A stretch of DNA of 57,945 nt. It comes from Euryarchaeota archaeon UBA602. GTDB taxonomy: Archaea; Thermoplasmatota; Poseidoniia; Poseidoniales; Thalassarchaeaceae. Both the position numbers and the translations under genes were made by a program. The notes below the pieces were generated by a model. The model was not told the origin of the DNA, did no database searches, and saw only the letters and a program-made list of their open reading frames with translations. Where the stretch lies: NCBI GenBank assembly GCA_002498455.1, contig DAHO01000087.1, forward strand, positions 1 to 57,945, in the 5' to 3' direction. Below, one piece after another: positions 40,420 through 47,320 of the stretch. Within the stretch, counting starts at the first letter, position 1. Each line of letters begins with the position of its first letter.

Positions 40420-41733
40420 CAAGCACAATGCTTACGCAACCATCAAAAGTCGATTTGGAAGGAAGGCCCCCTGTCCTCAAGAGAGGAAGTTGGGAGTGCT
40501 GGCTGGCGGGTTCGAATCGGGTAGATCTTTCCCCGCCAGCCAGCCTCCGCATCCGGAATTCTTCTACCGCCCAAAGACGGTTTCCAAACCCCGGTCGGTT
40601 TGGTAGTGCTTACGCATCTACCATTCCTTAGACGCCCGAACCAGTTACCTGATTCGCTTCCTGATGCTTCGTCCACCATCCGAAGATGGTTTCCTATTCA
40701 TCAGTTCCCGGTTTGAATTGCTTCAATCCGGCGCCATAGCGTTGCACTTTCCTTGCGGTCCGCACACGCCCCCTAGCTTCCCTTCATCTTGCGACTCTGT
40801 TCTGCCTGGAGAAGGAGTTGGGAGTACTGACTGATGGGTTCGAATCGAGTAGATCTTTCTTCATCAGTCAGCCTCCACATCGAGGTTTTTCCTCCATCTT
40901 ACGATTTTGTTCTGACCTCGATTGGGTTGGCACGGTACGCAGGCGCACCGTGCCGTCCCTTAGACGCCCGAACCAGTTACCTGATTCGCTTCCTGATGCT
41001 TCGTCCACCATCCGAAGATGGTTTTCTATTCATCAGTTCCCGGTTTGAATTGCTTCAATCCAGCGTCCCTGAGAGAGGTGTCATCCTTACGGATTCTGCC
41101 TCTTCTCCTGGCGCATCGCTGTCTTGCGACATTGATTTGCCTGGAGCAGGAATGTGACATTGCTGCCACCCCCTGTTCCCCCTTCGGTCAGGTTCGAGCA
41201 TTGCTGCCTTTCCCTTTCCAGGGCCGGTTTCAACTGCAGTATCCGCCGTCCCACGGTAGTTTGACTTCACATTACTGCGTTGCCAATCAACCTGCACAGG
41301 ATGTGCGTTGAAGGATTTTTCAGCCGACTTTTCACGACTCAACTGTTATGCAATCACCTCTTTCTCTAGGTCCCTGAGGTCACCTTTCGGCTTCCAGTGA
41401 TTCCCTTTGATTGAGATTATCGCAAGGTGTCTATGTTGCTAGTTCCTTCCGAAGATCCCTTGCTCTTTCGAGCGTGCCTCCTGTGTTCCAACACGAATGT
41501 TGGTGCATACGTAGAGCCCAGCTCTAGTACACGTTCACAAAAGTCTCCGCCACACCGAAGTATGGTTTTGTTCTCCTGCGGGCCCACCTTTTGACTTTTG
41601 CAAATCTAGGTGCGCCCCACCTCCCCCAATTGAATTGGGTTTGATGGCCCACTACCGTTCCCGAATTGGGTCCCTTGTGGGCTGGGGCCTGCCGGTAACG
41701 CTGGGCGCTCCGACACCACTCCTCGGGAGCGGC
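40420..41733 (-). ncRNA. Candidate very large (~1.3 kb) highly structured non-coding RNA of unknown class
   Basis: No credible CDS in a ~1.47-kb gap. About 20 GNRA/UUCG-capped hairpins and G-U pairs read on the minus strand, compensatory changes occur between duplicated domains, and a TATA-like box lies ~25 nt upstream of a 5' hairpin. Ends are approximate. Confidence 0.8.
40489..41151. repeat. Tandem duplication of a ~330-bp unit (A 40489-40816, B 40817-41151)
   Basis: Blocks 40489-40548 vs 40817-40876, 40626-40729 vs 40958-41061 (103/104 identical) and 40787-40816 vs 41122-41151, separated by sequence-divergent segments. Confidence 0.95.
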
Positions 41734-41757
41734 AAAGTTTACCTGCAACTCGGAGCA

Positions 41758-41775
41758 CAATAAACCTTTGCATCT
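41758..41775 (-). promoter_or_regulatory. Putative BRE/TATA promoter of the large ncRNA
   Basis: Minus strand reads CAAAGG-TTTATTG, about 25 nt upstream of G41733 where hairpin GCCGCUCC-CGA-GGAGUGGU begins. Confidence 0.5.
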
Positions 41776-41852
41776 TTTGTCATATTTTCGACAGGAAACC
41801 GGCTAACTGAACCCCCTTTTCCACTGGAGAGTCCTGCAGGAAAATGTTCGTT

Positions 41853-43010
41853 TTAACTACGAAGTCGCCTCAGCTTTTCTGCTAGATCTGATCTGTGATT
41901 AGCATCCGATTTATCGTTGTCTGACGAAACCCTTCTTGACAGCAATTCCGACTCAATCAGATACAATGTCCCATCCTCATAACCGATGGTAAGATAGGAT
42001 CGGTTCCCATCGATTGCAGTCACTCTAGAATTCGATTCAGCGCGGAGTAAAGGTGCGCCGTCCCTTGAACTGCGCACCTCAACAATGGATTTTCGTTTGT
42101 CCCAGGACACAATCCATGCACTGGCTTGCTCTGCGACCACTGGCCCATACATGACGTGTTCAATATTACGCCCGAGTTCAGTTTCGATTTGCCAAAGCAA
42201 TTTTCCTTTCTCATCATAGGAACGCGCAACTCCTTCAGCACCACCAAAGCCTGATCCGACTGAACCTTGCTCGATACCGATGGAAACCAAGAATCCTGGT
42301 TCCTTAGCCGCAATCGACTCGATGGTTCCCGGTTGGTTGGTGTAGGTATCATCGTCCATGACCATGCCGTCATCAATGCATGTCAGGGTGCCGTCGACAT
42401 GGCCCACTACCGTGTGTGTCTGAGCAATGGTACCACAAGTTGCAGGAGAGGAAGTGGGTAGAGGAGTATGGTGTAATTCTTCAGATGTGGCACGAATCAT
42501 GCCACATCGGGGACGACTCAATGGCAGAAAGGCTACGCCATCCTTTCGCATGCTAATGGCCCATGGGCGCTCATTGATTGAGCCTTGATGGAGTAATTGA
42601 CCTTCAGAATTAAACCTCCAAATGGTTGACTCTAGAAAATCATTCATCTCCAAATCAAATATTGAAGAGGTGGCTAGTACGGTTTCACCCTGAGGCGTAC
42701 ACGCAACAAGATCGCTGCTACCTTCAAGTTCATGCTTCCATTGAATTGTACCGGATTCCAGCTCGATGGATACAATGTCACGCCCACAAACGGCGTAAAC
42801 CCAGCCACCACCAACAGCAAAGCCTGAGACTCGATTGCTGGTTTTCACATCCCACAGGGCTTCTCCTTCCAAATCCCAGCAGTAAACGCCACCGTCCCAA
42901 TCGCCTGCAATTACGCGTTGCTCATCTAGATGGAGGGCACTGATTCCAGCATCCAAGTTGCGCTCAAACCAAACCAAATCGCGGAAATCGCGAAGTGGTG
43001 CTTCCTCCAT
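41853..43010 (-). CDS. PQQ-type/WD40-like beta-propeller protein
   Basis: Repeated blades (IAGDWDGGVYCWDLEGEALW, SIELESGTIQWKHEL, YDEKGKLLWQ, IGYEDGTLYL); no signal peptide seen. Confidence 0.75.
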   Translation of the reverse strand: MEEAPLRDFRDLVWFERNLDAGISALHLDEQRVIAGDWDGGVYCWDLEGEALWDVKTSNRVSGFAVGGGWVYAVCGRDIVSIELESGTIQWKHELEGSSDLVACTPQGETVLATSSIFDLEMNDFLESTIWRFNSEGQLLHQGSINERPWAISMRKDGVAFLPLSRPRCGMIRATSEELHHTPLPTSSPATCGTIAQTHTVVGHVDGTLTCIDDGMVMDDDTYTNQPGTIESIAAKEPGFLVSIGIEQGSVGSGFGGAEGVARSYDEKGKLLWQIETELGRNIEHVMYGPVVAEQASAWIVSWDKRKSIVEVRSSRDGAPLLRAESNSRVTAIDGNRSYLTIGYEDGTLYLIESELLSRRVSSDNDKSDANHRSDLAEKLRRLRS

Positions 43011-43047
43011 GGCTTCAGGGTAGAATGGTTGCCTATTGCACTTTGCT

Positions 43048-44559
43048 TCAAGAGGTGATTCCGTAAAGGGATTCAATCTTTTCTTGAAGGTAGGCGATGA
43101 AGGGTTCGGGAGTGGGTGGTTGTCCTGTCGCCTCCTCAATCAATTCTGCTGGAGTGAGGATGCTTCCACGGCCGTGGACATTTGTTCTCATCCAACCCAA
43201 TAGTGGAGCAAATTCTCCTCTACGCCACATATCCTCTAGGGTTTCATCGCCCTCAAGATCTGCGCGTGCAGCCGCTAGCAATTGAGCACTGTACAGGTTA
43301 CCCAGAGTGTATGTGGGGAAATAGCCGAAGGCCCCCATTGACCAATGAATATCCTGCAAGACTCCTTGCTTTCGATCTGGGGAACGAATGCCCAAATATT
43401 GCTCATACATGTCGTCCCATGCATCTGGTAAATCGTCAATATCCAATCCTCCGTTGATGAGACGTTTCTCGATTTCGTATCGAATCATAATGTGAATATT
43501 GTAAGTCGCTTCGTCGGCCTCGACTCGAATCAAACTCGGTTCGACCATGTTCACACTGCGCCATAGCATCTCACCAGTGACACCCTCCATGTTTTGTGGA
43601 AAATGCTTGGACCAGTGTGGAATCGCCCATTCGCTAAAGGCGAGAGAGCGCCCCACTTGATTCTCCCACAACCGACTTTGGGATTCGTGAACTCCAAGAC
43701 CGTCGGCATGACCTGCGGGTTGGAAATCAAGATTGCGTGGGCGACCTTGTTCATACAAACCGTGGCCGGTTTCGTGTAGAGAGCCGTAGAGTGAACCGAA
43801 GGGTTCAGCCTCATCATAGCGAGTTGTCCAGCGAACATCGTCTGGATTCGAACCACCACAGAATGGATGAGTGGATTTGTCTCTTCGACCTGCCTCAAAA
43901 TCAAACCCAACTGCCGCAGAGATGCCATGAGAGAGTTGGGCCTGAGCCTCTTCCGGCCAATGGTTTGATTCAACCCAATTCATGTCTGGAGCATCACACT
44001 TCCCGACCGCTGAAATTAGGGGAACCAAGGCTTCTCGAAGTCCCGCAAAGAGTGGATCTACTTGAGCGACGCAAAGACCGGATTCGTAGATGTCGAGTAG
44101 GGCATCGTATGGGTTTTCTTCGTAACCCAGGTAACCCGCAAGTTCACGGTTCAATTCAATCATTTCAGCCAAATCATCACGGAAAATGGAGAAGTCGTTT
44201 TTCTCTCTAGCTTCGGCCCATGAGACGATTGACTTCGATTTGTGTCTGGCAAATCGCTCGACAAAATCAGCTGGCTTCTTTGTGGCCTTGTCATAGGCAT
44301 CCCGAATCAATCGGAGATTTCCTGCTGCAACCTCATCATTAGCGCCTTCCGCTTCCGCTGCGGCCAAGGCATCACCCATGCCAGCGTCGACCATCATTGA
44401 ATGGCTGGTGCGCGAGAGCCATGCCAATTGTTCGGCACGAAGAGGACCCGCCTTGGGAGGCATCATGACCTCCTGATCCCAACCGAGAAGGCCCTGAATT
44501 TGACCGACGGTTTCAATCTCTTTCATCTTCGACATCAGTTGTCCATATGCTTCGCCCAT
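43048..44559 (-). CDS. Carboxypeptidase, family M32
   Basis: LLGWDQ, HPF, HETGHGLYEQ, HESQSRLWEN, IRVEADE, QDIHW and GYFPTYTLG. Confidence 0.95.
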   Translation of the reverse strand: MGEAYGQLMSKMKEIETVGQIQGLLGWDQEVMMPPKAGPLRAEQLAWLSRTSHSMMVDAGMGDALAAAEAEGANDEVAAGNLRLIRDAYDKATKKPADFVERFARHKSKSIVSWAEAREKNDFSIFRDDLAEMIELNRELAGYLGYEENPYDALLDIYESGLCVAQVDPLFAGLREALVPLISAVGKCDAPDMNWVESNHWPEEAQAQLSHGISAAVGFDFEAGRRDKSTHPFCGGSNPDDVRWTTRYDEAEPFGSLYGSLHETGHGLYEQGRPRNLDFQPAGHADGLGVHESQSRLWENQVGRSLAFSEWAIPHWSKHFPQNMEGVTGEMLWRSVNMVEPSLIRVEADEATYNIHIMIRYEIEKRLINGGLDIDDLPDAWDDMYEQYLGIRSPDRKQGVLQDIHWSMGAFGYFPTYTLGNLYSAQLLAAARADLEGDETLEDMWRRGEFAPLLGWMRTNVHGRGSILTPAELIEEATGQPPTPEPFIAYLQEKIESLYGITS

Positions 44560-44660
44560 ACGCAGCCCTAACGGGTCTAAGTCTCAAAACCACCGATTCG
44601 ATATTTTCCAATTGAGCGCGACACCAGTTGGCTTATATTGGCAATTTCAGTGAGGCAAGT

Positions 44661-45428
44661 GTGCGCCATATTCGACCACTTCTAATGGTGCTTGTTCTTT
44701 GTTCAAGCGCTTTAGCGGGTTGCCTTTCAAACTCGGATGAGATTCAGAATATTTCGCTTGATGTCAACTATGAGCACACCAATGGTACAATTGTACACTA
44801 CTATGTGGATGGCGAATTGGAATCCGCGACAAATGTTGTGTTGGATTTCGATTTTTCGAACACCGATTCGGAGAATCCGTTGAGTTTGTTTGGGGTTGAG
44901 TCGGTTGAAAGACAAGAAACGATTACCATTAATGCCCTAGCCGAAACCACCGTATCTGTGGAATTTTCATCACATGGAATGTACACTTTGAAAGTATTTG
45001 CAGTCGACGATCAGGGTTTGAAGGAAACCATTGAGATTGTGGTGAGGATTGAATTGCGAATGGAATGGTTTGAATCCAATACTTACGAGCCGTTACCCTT
45101 GATTATCGACCCGATTCCTGTCCATGGGGGGGCATCTCCCGATACCATCCACATCCACTCCACTGTTGAAAATCCAGAATTGATTGCAGGTCGTGAAGTC
45201 GAATTTACGTGGAGCCTCGTTGATGGAAACGAGGATGCTTGCCAAGTGCGGAATGGTTTGGTTCACGATGGTGAATTTGTGGATTGGGAAACGATTCACT
45301 TCAACACCTTCCAAGTCCATGAACTGAAAATCAACTATGACTCTGGTCAAGATTACATCAATATCGATCAGACTGTCCTGATTGCATATAGCACTCTCGA
45401 ATCAGAACCAACCAAAGTAACTGAGTGA
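44661..45428 (+). CDS. Lipoprotein with PKD/Ig-like region
   Basis: Lipobox LAGC; FDFSNT and HGMYTLKVFAVDDQG are PKD-like strands. Confidence 0.7.
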   Translation: MRHIRPLLMVLVLCSSALAGCLSNSDEIQNISLDVNYEHTNGTIVHYYVDGELESATNVVLDFDFSNTDSENPLSLFGVESVERQETITINALAETTVSVEFSSHGMYTLKVFAVDDQGLKETIEIVVRIELRMEWFESNTYEPLPLIIDPIPVHGGASPDTIHIHSTVENPELIAGREVEFTWSLVDGNEDACQVRNGLVHDGEFVDWETIHFNTFQVHELKINYDSGQDYINIDQTVLIAYSTLESEPTKVTE

Positions 45429-45462
45429 GTCGTTTTGTTTTGGTTGGATGGATTTTCTTTAA

Positions 45463-45485
45463 TGATTTTTTAAACAGAAAAATCA
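45463..45485. promoter_or_regulatory. Inverted repeat upstream of the COG0523 gene, candidate operator
   Basis: TGATTTTT-N7-AAAAATCA in an AT-rich intergenic region. Confidence 0.35.
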
Positions 45486-45556
45486 CCATAGAGATTGATG
45501 ATTGGTTCCGATTAAGTATACGTCAATAGGCCCCAGATACAACACGAGTTGGTACG

Positions 45557-46762
45557 ATGAGTGGTGAATTAGAAGTTGATCGAAGAATCCCTGTAACTGT
45601 ATTGACTGGGTTCTTGGGATCTGGCAAAACAACGCTGTTGAATCACATCCTTACAAGCACAGAGCACAAGAAGAAATTTGCTGTTATCGAAAATGAATTT
45701 GGCGATGTCGGCATTGATGAGAATATTCTCGTTGAGAGTTCTGAGGAGAGTATTATTGAGGTCATGAACGGTTGTATTTGCTGTACGGTCAGAGGGGATC
45801 TCACTGAACTACTTGTTGACATGTATGATCGAATCAAAGATTTTGATGGTATATTGATTGAGACGACTGGGCTCGCTGATCCGGCTCCAGTTGCACAGAC
45901 ATTTTTCGTCGATGAGCGAGTGGTTGAGCGCTACAAATTAGATGGTATCATTACAGTCGTTGATGCGAAGCACATTATCCAACACGTCGAAGAAGAAAAA
46001 CCAGAAGATGTCGAGAATGAAGCGGTTGAACAATTGGCTTTTGCCGATCGTATCATGCTAAACAAAATCGATCTCGTGTCCGAAAAAGAACTCCGTGAGG
46101 TAGAGGTGGCAATCAAATCAATCAATCGCTTTGCACCGATTTACCACACCGAAAACAGCATTATTGACCCGAACAATTTGATCAATATTGGGTCATTCGA
46201 TTTGGATCGAACGTTGGAGATGGATCCTGAATTTCTTGATACCGATTCCGAACACGAACATGATCAAACAGTGACATCGACTAGTATGAAATTTGAAGGT
46301 GAACTAAACGTCAACAAATTGGAGCGATGGGTTGGAAAGCTCATGCGTACCAAGGGTGAAGATCTGTTCCGATACAAGGGTGTACTTGCCGTAAAGGGCA
46401 TGGATCAGAAATTCGTATTCCAAGGTGTCCACATGCTGTTTGGTGGAGACTTCAGCGATGAGATTGGACTTTGGAAAGAGGGAGAAAAGAGAGAATGTCG
46501 ATTCGTTTTCATCGGTCGAAATTTGGACCATGAAGCCCTACAGTCAGGTTTGATGGAATGTAAAGCTGAGGACCTTCGCTTCAATGTCGGAGATTTCGTC
46601 TATGCGAATATCACTGGCGGCTTTACCAAAGGTAAAATTCTGAAGTGCTGGGATGAAGGAAATCCGTATCGAGTCGAAATTCAAAATGAAGAGAAAACCA
46701 ATTTTTGGGTTCCAATTGATAACGATGAATTCATCCGACTACCCCCAACACAATTCCATTGA
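45557..46762 (+). CDS. COG0523/CobW-family G3E GTPase metallochaperone
   Basis: TGFLGSGKTT, ENEFG, GCICCTVRGDL, ETTGLADP, NKID and CobW_C domain (RYKGVL, FQGVH). Confidence 0.95.
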   Translation: MSGELEVDRRIPVTVLTGFLGSGKTTLLNHILTSTEHKKKFAVIENEFGDVGIDENILVESSEESIIEVMNGCICCTVRGDLTELLVDMYDRIKDFDGILIETTGLADPAPVAQTFFVDERVVERYKLDGIITVVDAKHIIQHVEEEKPEDVENEAVEQLAFADRIMLNKIDLVSEKELREVEVAIKSINRFAPIYHTENSIIDPNNLINIGSFDLDRTLEMDPEFLDTDSEHEHDQTVTSTSMKFEGELNVNKLERWVGKLMRTKGEDLFRYKGVLAVKGMDQKFVFQGVHMLFGGDFSDEIGLWKEGEKRECRFVFIGRNLDHEALQSGLMECKAEDLRFNVGDFVYANITGGFTKGKILKCWDEGNPYRVEIQNEEKTNFWVPIDNDEFIRLPPTQFH

Positions 46763-46803
46763 TTGAGATGATGTAATCAAGGAACAAGAATTGCGTGTAG
46801 TCC

Positions 46804-47232
46804 CTAACAACAATCTGTATCACGCATGGGCGCAGAAATGAAGCTCACTTTGTCCACGTTAGAGGTGTTCTGGAGTTGCTCAAAAACAGCTCGAACGTAT
46901 CTTGCTTCACCTTTGACATGGATCACATCAACAGATGAATGGCAAGAGTGTCCTAAACGACTACTGTGATGATAAGCAGCAACTTCAATTGAAGAAGTTC
47001 GACTGACCATCAATTTTTGTTCGGCGCCGTGCTGGTAATACACGACCAAATGCCCTTCTACTTCCAGGTTTTCGTCCATATTGAACAAATCTCCGCGTTG
47101 TTGAGACTCAGCAAAAAATAATGCAGCATCGCGGATGAAGCGGCTGCGGTTTGTGTATCCCGATTTTTCAATCAGGTTATCAAATTCTGCAGCGAATTCT
47201 TTGTCGGCACTGAAGGAGATGATTTTGCTCAT
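46804..47232 (-). CDS. NikR-like regulator (RHH plus ACT-like metal-binding domain)
   Basis: IISFSADKEFAAEFDNLIEKSGYTNRSRFIRDA RHH domain, then GHLVVYYQH...HH...HSCH...VIHVKGE. Confidence 0.8.
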   Translation of the reverse strand: MSKIISFSADKEFAAEFDNLIEKSGYTNRSRFIRDAALFFAESQQRGDLFNMDENLEVEGHLVVYYQHGAEQKLMVSRTSSIEVAAYHHSSRLGHSCHSSVDVIHVKGEARYVRAVFEQLQNTSNVDKVSFISAPMRDTDCC

Positions 47233-47253
47233 GAATTCCCGAAATAATTGGCT

Positions 47254-47308
47254 CTAATAATAATATTCAAAAAAATGATTAATAGTCTTGATTAAATAGT
47301 TAATATTG
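47254..47308. promoter_or_regulatory. AT-rich divergent promoter with direct repeat, candidate operator
   Basis: TGATTAATAGT (47276-47286) and TGATTAAATAGT (47289-47300) between the regulator and the znuA-like gene. Confidence 0.4.
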
Positions 47309-47320
47309 GGCCCCATATAC

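Noticed and set aside
40500-40850. GGGTTCGAATC at ~40508 and ~40836 as tRNA genes
   Set aside because: The flanks do not form a T-stem and there are no D or anticodon arms. The motif lies in the loop of a longer hairpin whose G-U pair favours the minus strand.
40698-41036. CUGAUGA (minus strand) as hammerhead ribozyme cores or C boxes
   Set aside because: There is no stem II between CUGAUGA and GAAA, and CUGAUG pairs with downstream CAUCAG. The copy at 40867-40861 is replaced by CUGGCGG in the other unit.
40489-41151. CRISPR array or IS/MITE
   Set aside because: Only two long units, no short regularly spaced repeats, no cas or transposase gene, and no terminal inverted repeats or target duplication seen.
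40420-41733. rRNA fragment, RNase P RNA, SRP RNA or group I/II intron
   Set aside because: I could not find GAGGAAAGUCC, the SRP helix-8 motif, a group II domain V, group I core elements or rRNA universal sequences, and no host gene is interrupted. A cmscan is still needed to exclude divergent members.
40410-41760. Short ORFs of 73-107 aa within the ncRNA region
   Set aside because: They overlap on both strands, show no protein motifs, and the repeat units differ in length by a non-multiple of three with substitutions that track base pairing.
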